A stretch of 32,000 nt of DNA from Promethearchaeum syntrophicum (GTDB lineage: Archaea > Asgardarchaeota > Lokiarchaeia > Sigyniarchaeales > Promethearchaeaceae). Below the pieces are notes generated by a model. The model had not been told where the DNA came from and ran no database searches. It saw only the letters and a list, made by a program, of their open reading frames with translations. The DNA is taken from contig NZ_CP042905.2 in assembly GCF_008000775.2 (NCBI RefSeq), positions 1,890,001-1,922,000 on the forward strand. The letters are read 5' to 3'. Positions 18,505 to 28,617 of this stretch are shown here, in pieces; position 1 is the stretch's first letter, and every line of letters begins with the position of its first letter. The translations under genes and the position numbers were made by a program.

Positions 18505-19923
18505 TTAATTAAAGCTTGCGTTTGCATGTTGTTCTTTGAGATATTCAACAATTCCATCTTGAACTTTTTTAAATTCTTCGAGAACTCCTGTAAAAGGTTT
18601 TTGAGTAACATCTTCAAGCCAGCCATTAAGTTTTTTGAGAATTCTTTCTTGTAAATCCAGATTTCCTTCAATTAAAAGAGAAATATAATAATTTCCTAAT
18701 TTGGAGAATAAAATAAAGCGATAATGTTGAAAACCGAGCTTAACTGAAATCCAATTTGGCATCATTTGAGTATTTGCAACAGTATTTGCTGCCATTGCTT
18801 CAACTTTCGCCGTAATTAATGCTTCTGCCATTTCTTGTTGATTAAAATCGGAACTACTATCATTATCCGGATCAATGGGTGGTAATCCTTCGATTTCCAA
18901 TTCGTTAGTAATTATTTTTGATATTACCCCGATCGATTGATAACTTAAGCCAAAATAATCTACTCTTAGAAAATTGTCTAAAGATTTTAATTTTCGTTCT
19001 GTAAATACATCTTGGAGTTTAATATATTCATTTAAAATGAATTTAACACGTGATGGGAAATTTTGCTTTACGTTATATAAATCGAGTTTTGATAAATTTT
19101 TAACATCTTTTCCTCTCAGAATTTCTTTAATAAGCGTTTTCATATTGTTTAATAACCAAGCGGCTTTCATATCAGGAAAATTACCATAAATGACATATAA
19201 AAAATCCCTATCACTTAAGAAATAGCAAATCTCTTCATACCCTCCATTATCAAGGGGAGATAGCATCATCCGATCAAGTTCACCACTTAATATTGAAGTA
19301 GCAATATAGTCCAGGTTCGATCCTAATTCAAGGAAATATTTGAGTTTCTCATTAGAATAATATATTTCTGTTCTTTCCTTGGTGATTATACCCATAAATT
19401 TTAGATATTCATCTTTTTTTCCCAGTTCAATTTTAGTATTAGATAAATTGATTTCTTTTCGTTCTTTCAACTTTACTTTAATTCTCGTATCAGAATCTGA
19501 AGCTGAATCTTTGGAAATATGCATATCTGTAACCTCGTTATCTTCGGCTAATTTTTCGATTTTTTCCGAGATAACAATATCGGGATTAGATTGAATTTTT
19601 AGATTTTTAGAAAAATCATCAGGATTTAACTCAATTTTTCCTTTATCTGATTGATCAAGCGTTTTAAAAATGGGTTTATTCTCAAAAACCTTTTTCTCTT
19701 CTTCTTTTCGTTTTAATTGCCCTTTAATGATTTCACCATTAAAGATCTTGTTCTCAACATTCTCTGATTTTTCTCTATTTAGCATTCTTCTAGTTTTTTT
19801 CTTTGGAACTTCGACACCTGGAATTCTTTCATTACATTTTGGACAATTTACTGGGAAAGGCGCAACTAAAAGATATCCACATTGAGAGCATTTTTTTTTT
19901 TCCAAAGAATCATTAAAGAACAT
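18505..19923 (-). CDS. Uncharacterised protein (472 aa): N-terminal zinc ribbon, disordered charged linker, C-terminal possible longin/profilin-like domains
   Basis: CSQCGYLLVAPFPVNCPKCNERIPG; linker rich in K/E/D; then LGFQHYRFILFSKLGNYYISLLIEGNLDLQERILKKLNGWLEDV, which resembles the second half of a longin fold. Confidence 0.65.
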   Translation of the reverse strand: MFFNDSLEKKKCSQCGYLLVAPFPVNCPKCNERIPGVEVPKKKTRRMLNREKSENVENKIFNGEIIKGQLKRKEEEKKVFENKPIFKTLDQSDKGKIELNPDDFSKNLKIQSNPDIVISEKIEKLAEDNEVTDMHISKDSASDSDTRIKVKLKERKEINLSNTKIELGKKDEYLKFMGIITKERTEIYYSNEKLKYFLELGSNLDYIATSILSGELDRMMLSPLDNGGYEEICYFLSDRDFLYVIYGNFPDMKAAWLLNNMKTLIKEILRGKDVKNLSKLDLYNVKQNFPSRVKFILNEYIKLQDVFTERKLKSLDNFLRVDYFGLSYQSIGVISKIITNELEIEGLPPIDPDNDSSSDFNQQEMAEALITAKVEAMAANTVANTQMMPNWISVKLGFQHYRFILFSKLGNYYISLLIEGNLDLQERILKKLNGWLEDVTQKPFTGVLEEFKKVQDGIVEYLKEQHANASFN

Positions 19924-20035
19924 TTTCGTTTATCATTTTTACTAGAGTTATTTTCGTTAATTAATGTTTGTTAACTAGTCATTCATCTAAATTTTCATTC
20001 CTTATTGAGGTTATACTATTATAAAAAATAGCAAA

Positions 20036-21361
20036 TCAATCTTGATTTAGAATTTCTTTCATATGATTTATTCGTCTGTCTAATACTTTTTGTGATCCAA
20101 TATCAGTTCTGTGGAAAAGAGCTCCTTGAATAAAAGAAGTTCCCTTTTCTGCAATTTTTTCTGCTTCGTCAAGGGTGTCTGCAATTCCAAGTACTGCTAT
20201 CGCTCTAGATGTAGATGTAAATATTTTTCCTTCTTCCTCACTCACTGATGCAAAATATAAATTTGCTCCTAATTTTTTTATCTCTGTTTCATTGATTTTT
20301 ATTTCAGAATGTGCAATTGGTTTAACTGGATATCCTTCTGGAACCAAATATTTACACACAGTGGCTTTTTTCTCGAATTCTAAAGGACTTCTTAAATTTC
20401 CATCTAAGATTTGTTGGCAAACTGTTACAAAATTACTCTTCATTATTGGTAAAACGTTCATTGCTTCTGGATCCCCAAATCTTATATTAAATTCAACAAT
20501 TTTCAGCCCCTTCTTTGTCTTCATGAATTGTCCATACAGAAAACCCTTAAACTGAGTTCCTGTTTCTTCAGCTACAGCATCTATAACTTGTTTCATTTGA
20601 TTATTTGCATATTTTATATCTTCACTTGAAATAAATGGCAATAAATGATTTTGCATAGAATATGAACCCATTCCGCCTGTATTCGGGCCTTTATCTCCAT
20701 TGAATGCGCGTTTATTATCTTGAACGATAGGTGTTCCGACTACATTGATTCCATCAACAAAACATATATATGTAAATTCTTCCCCGTTAAGTTTTTCCTC
20801 AATGATAATTCGTCCGTTATTATTTAAGATTTCCTTACAATAATCCATTATATCTTGCTCGCTTTGTAAGTGGTCTCCCCAAACTTTTACCCCTTTTCCA
20901 CCAGTTAATCCATCAGGTTTAATTACTACGTTTTTCATACCAATTTCGTTAATAAATTCTGGGATCCCAGTAATTTCGGAGAAATTTTTAAAAATTATGT
21001 TCGATTCAATCTTATATTTCTGTAATAGAGATCTGGTAAAAATCTTCGAACTTTCAAGTTGTGCACATTCAATTGTAGGTCCAACTGTAGGAATATCGTG
21101 AGCTTGGAGTGCATTTGTTAGTCCCATTGCCAAAGGTGCTTCTGGTCCTGCTACTGCAAAATTAACTTCGTTTTTTTTCCCAAAATTTGCTATATCTTGA
21201 AAATTATCTAAATTTCCAATTTTTACATTATGATTACAGAGTTTGGCAATTCCAGGGTTCATCTTAGCCATATAGGCAGTTAAAGTTGCTCCACCTCTTA
21301 CAAGAGCTTCTCCTAATGCATGTTCTCTTGCGCCGTTTCCAATTAGCAAAACATTTACCAT
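20036..21361 (-). CDS. purD: Phosphoribosylamine--glycine ligase (GARS)
   Basis: MVNVLLIGNGAREHALGEALVRGG, VVKPDGLTGGKGVKVWG, DPEAMNVLPIM. Native start likely Met6 of the track ORF (21361). Confidence 0.95.
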   Translation of the reverse strand: MVNVLLIGNGAREHALGEALVRGGATLTAYMAKMNPGIAKLCNHNVKIGNLDNFQDIANFGKKNEVNFAVAGPEAPLAMGLTNALQAHDIPTVGPTIECAQLESSKIFTRSLLQKYKIESNIIFKNFSEITGIPEFINEIGMKNVVIKPDGLTGGKGVKVWGDHLQSEQDIMDYCKEILNNNGRIIIEEKLNGEEFTYICFVDGINVVGTPIVQDNKRAFNGDKGPNTGGMGSYSMQNHLLPFISSEDIKYANNQMKQVIDAVAEETGTQFKGFLYGQFMKTKKGLKIVEFNIRFGDPEAMNVLPIMKSNFVTVCQQILDGNLRSPLEFEKKATVCKYLVPEGYPVKPIAHSEIKINETEIKKLGANLYFASVSEEEGKIFTSTSRAIAVLGIADTLDEAEKIAEKGTSFIQGALFHRTDIGSQKVLDRRINHMKEILNQD

Positions 21362-21433
21362 AGTTCTAATCAACAAATAAAATAAGGTTTGAATTTTTAA
21401 AAACTTGAAATGTTATATGTTTAATAATTAAAT

Positions 21434-22303
21434 GTGGTTGAACTAATTTTTTCTGGAATTTTTGATATGGTTAAAACATTTGAATGTGGCCAAATATTTC
21501 GATTTGAAACTATAGATTTTGGAAAAACTTATTTTGGGGCATTACACGATAGAATAATTAAAATTACTCAGAAAGATCCACACACTTTGATATTTTCATC
21601 TAATATAAATTCAAACTTAGAGAAACTTTTAAAAATATTTTTTCGAACACATGACAATTATTTAGACATGCAAAAATCTATAAAAATCGATAATCTTATG
21701 AAAAAAGTAGTGGATTTTTCAAATGGGCTTCATCTATTAAACCAAGATAATTTTGAATGTTCTATTTCATATATTTTATCACAATGTTCAAATATTCCAA
21801 GAATTAAAAGAAATTTGAAAGATCTCGGAAAATTGTATGGAAAACAAGTTATGTTTGAAGATAAAGAGTTTTTTCTATTTCCTACGCGTTCTGATTTAAT
21901 AACCGTCACTGAAGAAGAATTTCGGGATTTAGGATTTGGGTATCGTGCAAAATATTTACGAAATTTCATAAAAAATTATCCCTCTTTTTTTAATGAACCA
22001 GTTTTAGATTCAGAAATTTTTAACCAAAAACTACAAAATATTGAAGGTATTGGTCAAAAAGTAGCTGATTGTATTCAATTATTTGCTTATGGTGATATTT
22101 CTCATTTTCCGGTTGATACTTGGATGGAGAAATTTATGATTAAGTTTTATAATAATGGAGAAAAGATCTCAAAGAAAAAAATTAGGGAATTAGGTGGTAC
22201 CTTATTTGGTAAATGGGCCGGCTATGCTCAAGAATTTATATTCTACTATGCTCGTAATCACCCGCAATTTTTTCCTTCTAAAAAAAAAAAAAAAAAAATT
22301 TGA
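21434..22303 (+). CDS. ogg: 8-oxoguanine DNA glycosylase, OGG1-like HhH-GPD family
   Basis: FSNGLHLLNQDNFECSISYILSQCSNIPRIKRNL and LQNIEGIGQKVADCIQLFAYGDISHFPVDTW (HhH with catalytic Lys, GPD-type Asp). Confidence 0.88.
   Translation: MVELIFSGIFDMVKTFECGQIFRFETIDFGKTYFGALHDRIIKITQKDPHTLIFSSNINSNLEKLLKIFFRTHDNYLDMQKSIKIDNLMKKVVDFSNGLHLLNQDNFECSISYILSQCSNIPRIKRNLKDLGKLYGKQVMFEDKEFFLFPTRSDLITVTEEEFRDLGFGYRAKYLRNFIKNYPSFFNEPVLDSEIFNQKLQNIEGIGQKVADCIQLFAYGDISHFPVDTWMEKFMIKFYNNGEKISKKKIRELGGTLFGKWAGYAQEFIFYYARNHPQFFPSKKKKKKI
22280..22298. repeat. 19-nt poly(A) homopolymer at the 3' end of the ogg CDS
   Basis: ccttct(A)19 tttga: encodes the C-terminal KKKKKKI. Confidence 0.9.
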
Positions 22304-22345
22304 AGATGGATGAAATTATAAATTCATAAAAAATCAAATTAAATC

Positions 22346-23422
22346 ATGCCATTCTTCGGTCATTTTGTCATTGCTATGTGTATTATTATCCCCATTTACT
22401 ATTTTAATAAGGAAAAATTCAATTATAAGATCGCCGTGATATTTGTTTTAAATAATTGGATCGGTCCAGATACCGCTCAAGCTTATTTTTTTTTACCTAT
22501 AGATTTTCATTATCTTATTCCCTATCTTTTTTGGGCTCTTCCCATGGCTTTTTTCTATTCTTATATCTCTAGATTTTCCATCAAATTTGAAAATCATAAA
22601 TTTCAAATTATTGATGATAAACAAAAAGTTTTGAATTGGCGTAATGCGTACCTATTAATGATATCAGGTGGAATTTTGCACACGGTATCAGATACAATAT
22701 TCAGATCTAATCTAAAGTTTAAATTCATTGAAAATATTTTTGAGCCAAGATTACCCGAGATTCAAAATTATGGAATGGGGTTTGGTCTTGATTTTGGAGC
22801 AGTTCATTTATTGGGATATTTATTTCTAATTTTTATCTCCTTTCTCATATTTTTCTTCTTTAATCGAAATTTAAAGGATATGATTCTTTTTTACACTAGC
22901 TATATTATCATTGTTCTAGTTTCTATCCTTCTTCTGGGGGATGATTTAGCTGGTGAAGAATTTGATATAGGAGTAATATTTTTCGCATTGATTTTTATTT
23001 TCATCCCGCTATTTTTGCTATTTTATGTAGCCAATAGCGTGTTTAAACAAGATCCTGAAAGCTTGAAAACGAAAATTTTATCTGAAAAGCAGATTAAAAG
23101 AGGATTATTACTCGTATCAATATTCACTTTACTTATATCAGGGGTTCTTCTTATATGGGGAATTTTCTGTTTTACAAGTCCAGAAATTTTTGAAGAATTT
23201 TTCAAAATAAATGAAAATGGAGTTATATTTCTAGGAATTTTTGTCTTGATACTGACGATTTGCGCTCTATATGGAGGAATAGGGTTGCTCCTTAAACAGA
23301 AATCCGCTCGAATAATGACAGCATTAATGATGTCATTTTTATTGGTGTTTATATATCCTTTATTTGCAGTTTTCTATCTATACCAAGATGATGTGAAATC
23401 TTTTTATGAAAAAAATATTTAG
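22346..23422 (+). CDS. Polytopic membrane protein, uncharacterised (possibly membrane-bound metal-dependent hydrolase-like)
   Basis: 358 aa with many TM helices; conserved-looking FFGHFVIA, NNWIGPD and GGILHTVSDTIF polar residues in the N-terminal half. Confidence 0.55.
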   Translation: MPFFGHFVIAMCIIIPIYYFNKEKFNYKIAVIFVLNNWIGPDTAQAYFFLPIDFHYLIPYLFWALPMAFFYSYISRFSIKFENHKFQIIDDKQKVLNWRNAYLLMISGGILHTVSDTIFRSNLKFKFIENIFEPRLPEIQNYGMGFGLDFGAVHLLGYLFLIFISFLIFFFFNRNLKDMILFYTSYIIIVLVSILLLGDDLAGEEFDIGVIFFALIFIFIPLFLLFYVANSVFKQDPESLKTKILSEKQIKRGLLLVSIFTLLISGVLLIWGIFCFTSPEIFEEFFKINENGVIFLGIFVLILTICALYGGIGLLLKQKSARIMTALMMSFLLVFIYPLFAVFYLYQDDVKSFYEKNI

Positions 23423-23425
23423 GCT

Positions 23426-24640
23426 TTAACTTGCAACTTGTAACAACCACATGATAAATTTCCAGAATCTATTAATTCGGTTACCAGTTCTTAGCTTCTT
23501 AAAAATCATCCATTCAAAAATTCCGATGAGTTTATAAGAAGTATTAACTGTTTTATAGATTTTAGATTTTTTAAATTGTTTAGTTAGATATTTTCGATTT
23601 TCCAAGCTCCAGTCATATTGATTATCGATGAGTGATTCGGAGATCAAATCTACCCAAAATTGTGCCATTTTCATTCCGAAGTATAATCCCGATGATCCAT
23701 TTGCATCAATAAATCCGGCACTATCCCCTATAAGGATTGCACCTCCATTTCCTAAGATAAAATTTTTCACTAGTCCAGCATTAGGCATTTGCGTCAATTT
23801 TTCATATTCAATTTTAATACCTTCAAAAAATTCATTGAATCCGGGATAACTTGATTTTAAATTTTCCCATACCGCCATGATTTCTTCTTCATTTGGGATC
23901 TTTACTGATTTCATATTAAAAGCAGTGGTCATTCTAAGCATTAGACCGGCTTCAATTTTTTTTCCTCCAATTGGAAAGATATATGCGACAGAAGGAGGAA
24001 AATTTGGGGCATAATCAAGAACACCGTTATTAACAAAATAAAATTGAGGAGAAGAAACTTTATCAATATTAATATGAGCATTATTTCCCAAGAATTTGAC
24101 AATTGGACAATTAATTTTTGAGTAATCGACATTATAATAGGAACCGATGGTGCTGAGATGTCCATCACAGGCCAAAACTACATTTCCAAAGACATCTTGA
24201 ATTTTTCCTTTTGAATTTTGATATTTAACTCCTTTACATATGTTATCTTCTTCAATCGGTTGATGAACTTCACAATTGAATAAAAATGTTACTCCGTGAT
24301 TTTTAGCAATTTCAACCATATGTTCTATTAAGATGCGCCACTCAAAGAAATAGTAAGGAGTTCCCATGTCTATATTTCCAACTGGTTGTATGTCTCCGGG
24401 GCTATGGTAAACTCTATGTGATGGTTTAACTTCTGCTATGGACTGTAAATAACCTTTTCCTAAGATTTCATCTAATAAAGGATAGTACGCCATACTCTCT
24501 CCTCTAGGTTTTGGACCTGCAACCTCCCCTTTTTCTAATACTACAACAGAATGTCCGTTCTTTGCTGCAACTATTGCAGCTGTTAATCCCGCAGTACCCG
24601 CTCCAACAATGATAAAATTATAAAAATCTTCTTTTTTCAT
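23426..24640 (-). CDS. FAD-dependent oxidoreductase, geranylgeranyl reductase-like
   Basis: FIIVGAGTAGLTAAIVAAKNGHSVVVLEKGEVAGPKPRGES (Rossmann plus GGR motif) and ILIGDSAGFIDANGSSGLYFGM. Start reset to ATG at 24640, with GGGA upstream. Confidence 0.82.
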   Translation of the reverse strand: MKKEDFYNFIIVGAGTAGLTAAIVAAKNGHSVVVLEKGEVAGPKPRGESMAYYPLLDEILGKGYLQSIAEVKPSHRVYHSPGDIQPVGNIDMGTPYYFFEWRILIEHMVEIAKNHGVTFLFNCEVHQPIEEDNICKGVKYQNSKGKIQDVFGNVVLACDGHLSTIGSYYNVDYSKINCPIVKFLGNNAHINIDKVSSPQFYFVNNGVLDYAPNFPPSVAYIFPIGGKKIEAGLMLRMTTAFNMKSVKIPNEEEIMAVWENLKSSYPGFNEFFEGIKIEYEKLTQMPNAGLVKNFILGNGGAILIGDSAGFIDANGSSGLYFGMKMAQFWVDLISESLIDNQYDWSLENRKYLTKQFKKSKIYKTVNTSYKLIGIFEWMIFKKLRTGNRINRFWKFIMWLLQVAS

Positions 24641-24739
24641 GATATGTTCCCTTAAGTGAAATATCTGCTGAGATTTTAAAAGTTTTTTTGAAAATAACAA
24701 TTCTTTAAAACAATAATAACCCAATATATCATATAGAAA

Positions 24740-25072
24740 ATGGATGATTATGTAAAAATAGGAATTATTTTTGTTATTTTAGCGTTTGTTTTTCTGATGA
24801 CTTATCGGAAAACTAAATTAAAATATAAATTACTCTCTATTTATCTATTAGTTCTATTTATGGATTTAATGGTGGCAATGATTATTCCTTCTCCATATGA
24901 GTGGATTACATTTTTAATTTTTATCATTTTAATGTTTTTAATCCTCTTCAACAAGTTTACTTTAGATATTATCAACAATAATGTTGATCTGATCTATGCT
25001 GATAAAGAACCGCAAATCTGGGATGATTTCGATACGCCCCCTGAATTGAATATTCAAAATAATGGCAAATAA
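24740..25072 (+). CDS. Small membrane protein (110 aa, about 3 TM)
   Basis: Complete ORF, hydrophobic; immediately upstream of the large membrane protein gene. Confidence 0.5.
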   Translation: MDDYVKIGIIFVILAFVFLMTYRKTKLKYKLLSIYLLVLFMDLMVAMIIPSPYEWITFLIFIILMFLILFNKFTLDIINNNVDLIYADKEPQIWDDFDTPPELNIQNNGK

Positions 25073-25090
25073 AAAAAAAGATGATGTAAA

Positions 25091-26587
25091 ATGGTAAATA
25101 ATCTCTTGACTTTGGTTCCTTTCCTAATAGTATTTGTAATGGCGATAATTTTAATTGGGTCTCCATTGAAAATAAAAACTAAATCTATGTTAGCTTTTTG
25201 TAGTCTGTTTTTAGCATTAATTTTTATTTTTATCTTGCTCAACTTTATAATAATCGAACGACGACAGACAATTTATTCAAATCTGCAAAATATTCAACTC
25301 TATTTAGAATTTTCTAAGTCACATTTCTCATATTTGATTCAAGGTGTTACATTATGTATCTCTCTTGTAATTTATTTTAGATTTCACCAAAGAATACGTC
25401 AAATCCATTCAAAGGAATTTTTTATCAGTTTTTATTTAATATTTACTGGATCAATAATGGGACTTTTTGTATCTGAAAATCTATTAGTAATTTCTTCATT
25501 TTTTATACTCGCTTCCATTTCTTTAGAATTTCTAATTTATTTTGATACAATTGAAAAAAGGATATCAAAATTCAACCTTATTCTAATCTCAATATTCTCT
25601 GGAATCTTAGTTTTAACCAATATTTATGTCCAAATTACTTTTAGATCATTAGATCTAAATATTTTAATTCAAGAGGTAAGTAACAGTTCCATTTTTACAC
25701 AAATAATTATTTTCCTCGGTTATTTCTTTGGGATTGGAGGTTTGTGTATATTATTTCCGCTCTCCAATCTTAAGTTACAAAATATTTACAGGAAATCAAA
25801 TCCGATTCATCTATTCTTGATGAGTTCTATATTTATTCCGACAGTTAGCTTAATATTAATGAAGATTTCATTGATATTTTCATTTAATAATCATGCCATC
25901 GCCCATATTTTTTTTGTAATGGGGTGTATTGGAATTAGTTTTTCTAGTATTCAATTAATTATTGAAATTTTTGGTTTAAACAGATCATCCAATCAATCAA
26001 TCAAGAATTTTATTGGGCTCTTATCTGCAATTGAATTCAATATATTTTTAATGTTTGGAGGTTTGGTTCGACTTCCAATTATAATCGATGATATTCTATA
26101 TATTCATAGATCAATTACCATTTTCTTCATTTTATCAGTGATCACAAAATCAATTTTAATTGAAATTCTTCAACCAAAAGAAAGTATAGATTCAAAAATT
26201 GAATGGAATTTTGAAAGTCTAAGAGGAAAATTTTACCATAAGATTTTTTTTGCCCTTATAATGTTAGTTATTCCTTTATTTTATGCTTTTCCAGGATTTT
26301 TAGGTTTTGATTTCTTTTTACTTCTTTTTGATTCAATTAATTTTGAAACGCCTTATTCATCACTATATTTTGCAGAATTTTGGGTTATAATAATTCTGAT
26401 TATATTTTTCGAATGTATCCTAATGATTTTAATAAGTAATGTAATTTTCAAAACCTATTTTCAGAAATCAAATCAAGTTGAAGGAACTACTCAGAAAATA
26501 ATGAAGTTTAAAAAAATTACATTTGTTATACCAGTTATTTTGATAATTTACAATTTGATTGCGATCATTTTAAATATGGGTTTATAA
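25091..26587 (+). CDS. Multipass membrane protein, distantly resembling NuoL/M/N-Mrp antiporter-like subunits
   Basis: FYLIFTGSIMGLFVSENLLVISSFFILASIS, IIFLGYFFGIGGLCILFPLSNLKLQ...SNPIHLFLMSSIFIPTVSLILMKI and GLLSAIEFNIFLMFGG parallel antiporter-family segments; about 13-14 TM. Confidence 0.4.
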   Translation: MVNNLLTLVPFLIVFVMAIILIGSPLKIKTKSMLAFCSLFLALIFIFILLNFIIIERRQTIYSNLQNIQLYLEFSKSHFSYLIQGVTLCISLVIYFRFHQRIRQIHSKEFFISFYLIFTGSIMGLFVSENLLVISSFFILASISLEFLIYFDTIEKRISKFNLILISIFSGILVLTNIYVQITFRSLDLNILIQEVSNSSIFTQIIIFLGYFFGIGGLCILFPLSNLKLQNIYRKSNPIHLFLMSSIFIPTVSLILMKISLIFSFNNHAIAHIFFVMGCIGISFSSIQLIIEIFGLNRSSNQSIKNFIGLLSAIEFNIFLMFGGLVRLPIIIDDILYIHRSITIFFILSVITKSILIEILQPKESIDSKIEWNFESLRGKFYHKIFFALIMLVIPLFYAFPGFLGFDFFLLLFDSINFETPYSSLYFAEFWVIIILIIFFECILMILISNVIFKTYFQKSNQVEGTTQKIMKFKKITFVIPVILIIYNLIAIILNMGL

Positions 26588-26665
26588 TTATCTTAATTTG
26601 GAAATTGCGTAGTTTTTTCAAGTTTTATTAATTCTATTTAATACTTAACAAAAAAAGGGAACACA

Positions 26666-28114
26666 ATGTTTGGAACGTGCGGTATTCGTAAAATATATTC
26701 TAGCTATGATAAATCTGAAAGAACTTTTACTCCGTCTATAGCTTTGCGACTTGGATTGGCCTTGGGAACAGTACTTGGTAAGGATAAGAATAAAACAGTT
26801 GTAATAGGTAGGGATGTTAGAAAACCTAGTTTAGCAATTCAACTCGCGCTTACAAGCGGATTGATGTCAAGTGGATGTAAAGTTTTTACTATCAATGTTG
26901 TTTCAACCCCAACATTATGCATGTCGATAGATTATTTGAATGCAGACTGCGGTGTAATGATTACTGCTTCACATAATCCTCCTGAATATATCGGTATTAA
27001 GCTTTTTAACAAAGGCGGTCTGGGTTTTAGTCCAGAACAAGAACAGGAAGTTGAAAAGATTTATCAAAATCGAGCATTCAACTCCAAGGCATGGAATGAG
27101 CAAGGTTCTGTTGCCGAAGTTCAAAGAATAAATAATACTCATATTCGGAAAATACTACGTTTAACTAAATATGAAAATCACGCAATAAGAAATCGTAAAT
27201 ACATCATAGATCCTGGGAATGGATCGGCTTCAATTATCGGACCTATGCTAATCAATAACATGGGATTAAGATATATTACCTTAAATTCTCAACCGGACGG
27301 AACATTCCCTGGAAGATTATCGGAACCTAGTAAAAAAAACCTATTTGATTTATGTAAATTTATTAAACTCTCCAATGATGTTGACGTCGGTATCGCTTTT
27401 GATGGAGACGCTGATAGGGTTGTGTTTGTTAATGAAAATGGTGTTATCGTTGAGCCGATACGTGTGTTGACATTTTTAGCTAGGGAATATATTCAGAAAA
27501 ATTTTCCAGATAAAACTTCACGAAAAAACTTATCGGTAGTCACACCAGTAAATTCTTCTGGGGTTATCGAGCACATTTTGGAACCTATGGGTGTTCAAGT
27601 CCACAGAACTAAAGTGGGCGATATTAATGTTTCCATTGCTATGCAAAAATTCGGATCATTTTTGGGTGGGGAGAATTGTGGGGTTTATATTTGGCCAGAA
27701 TTTGCGGGACATCAAGGACCCGATACTTTAATGGCGATTGCGATATTGCTTCAGTTCTTGGGAAAATATGAAAAAAGTTTCAGTGAATTATTTGAAGATA
27801 TTCCGATATTTCCTTATATCCAACGGGAGCTTCATTTGGTTCACGACCGAATATTTGGGGATGAAGATTACAGAAAATTTGCTGAATTAATTATTCCAGA
27901 GTTAGAAAAAGCAGGTTATCATAATTTTCGTAAGAATTTAATCGATGGACTTCATATTCGATTTGATGAGGGCTGGGTTTTAGTTAGAAAATCTGGAACA
28001 ACTCCAATAATGAGATTAACGGGAGAATCCAAAACAAATCTTAGCGAAACCGAGAAAATCATTAAAATTGCGCAAGAAGTAATCTCAAGTTTAATTGAGA
28101 TTAAAAAACAATAG
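26666..28114 (+). CDS. Phosphohexomutase (phosphoglucomutase/phosphomannomutase/phosphoglucosamine mutase family)
   Basis: FGTCGIRKIY, GVMITASHNPPEYIGIKLF (phosphoserine loop), FDGDADRVVFV (metal loop), VRKSGTTPIMRLTGES (phosphate-binding). Confidence 0.93.
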   Translation: MFGTCGIRKIYSSYDKSERTFTPSIALRLGLALGTVLGKDKNKTVVIGRDVRKPSLAIQLALTSGLMSSGCKVFTINVVSTPTLCMSIDYLNADCGVMITASHNPPEYIGIKLFNKGGLGFSPEQEQEVEKIYQNRAFNSKAWNEQGSVAEVQRINNTHIRKILRLTKYENHAIRNRKYIIDPGNGSASIIGPMLINNMGLRYITLNSQPDGTFPGRLSEPSKKNLFDLCKFIKLSNDVDVGIAFDGDADRVVFVNENGVIVEPIRVLTFLAREYIQKNFPDKTSRKNLSVVTPVNSSGVIEHILEPMGVQVHRTKVGDINVSIAMQKFGSFLGGENCGVYIWPEFAGHQGPDTLMAIAILLQFLGKYEKSFSELFEDIPIFPYIQRELHLVHDRIFGDEDYRKFAELIIPELEKAGYHNFRKNLIDGLHIRFDEGWVLVRKSGTTPIMRLTGESKTNLSETEKIIKIAQEVISSLIEIKKQ

Positions 28115-28145
28115 AAAAAAATACCTCAAGAATCCTATGCTTGAT

Positions 28146-28460
28146 TTAAATCTTTGGGTCTGGATCTCGTGCACCTAATAGTACGAGATTTTCAAGGCAT
28201 TTTATTCCACGGATTCCCCCCGCTTCAATAAAAAGAGAATCATTTCTATGTAATTCAAAGGTTTCAGTTCCTCGTGTAAATATCCCAGATCCCTCAATTA
28301 CAAGGAAAAATGTTGCATTAGGTTCAGTATGTGGGTCAATTTCTAATCCTTTGGGCAAACAAACTCTAACTATGTTAAAATTTGGTGATGAAATTATTTT
28401 TTTCATTACAGGTTTACCGGTTGAGAAATTGGTATCAGAAAGATAGGAAAATACATCCAT
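28146..28460 (-). CDS. Small cupin-fold protein (paralog A)
   Basis: LPKGLEIDPHTEPNATFFLVIEGSGIFTRGTETFELHRNDSLFIEAGGIRG: cupin_2-like motif arrangement. Confidence 0.75.
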   Translation of the reverse strand: MDVFSYLSDTNFSTGKPVMKKIISSPNFNIVRVCLPKGLEIDPHTEPNATFFLVIEGSGIFTRGTETFELHRNDSLFIEAGGIRGIKCLENLVLLGARDPDPKI

Positions 28461-28617
28461 GATATTTTAAATTTCAATCCTTTTTATTTGAAGTTATTCC
28501 GAATGAATTCTAATCAGAATTTGAAATGAACTTAACATCTATAAGCAAAATATTATCTCGAGTTAAATAAAGATAAAAAATGATTAGAGAAATTCTATCA
28601 AGAATATATTTAATGAT

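Noticed and set aside
18974-19885. Three + strand ORFs antisense to the 472-aa zinc-ribbon gene
   Set aside because: They mirror the coding frame of the longer ORF, have Phe/Ser/Leu-rich antisense composition and no family signature.
20175-20555. 126-aa + strand ORF antisense to purD
   Set aside because: Entirely within the confidently identified purD; composition typical of antisense translation.
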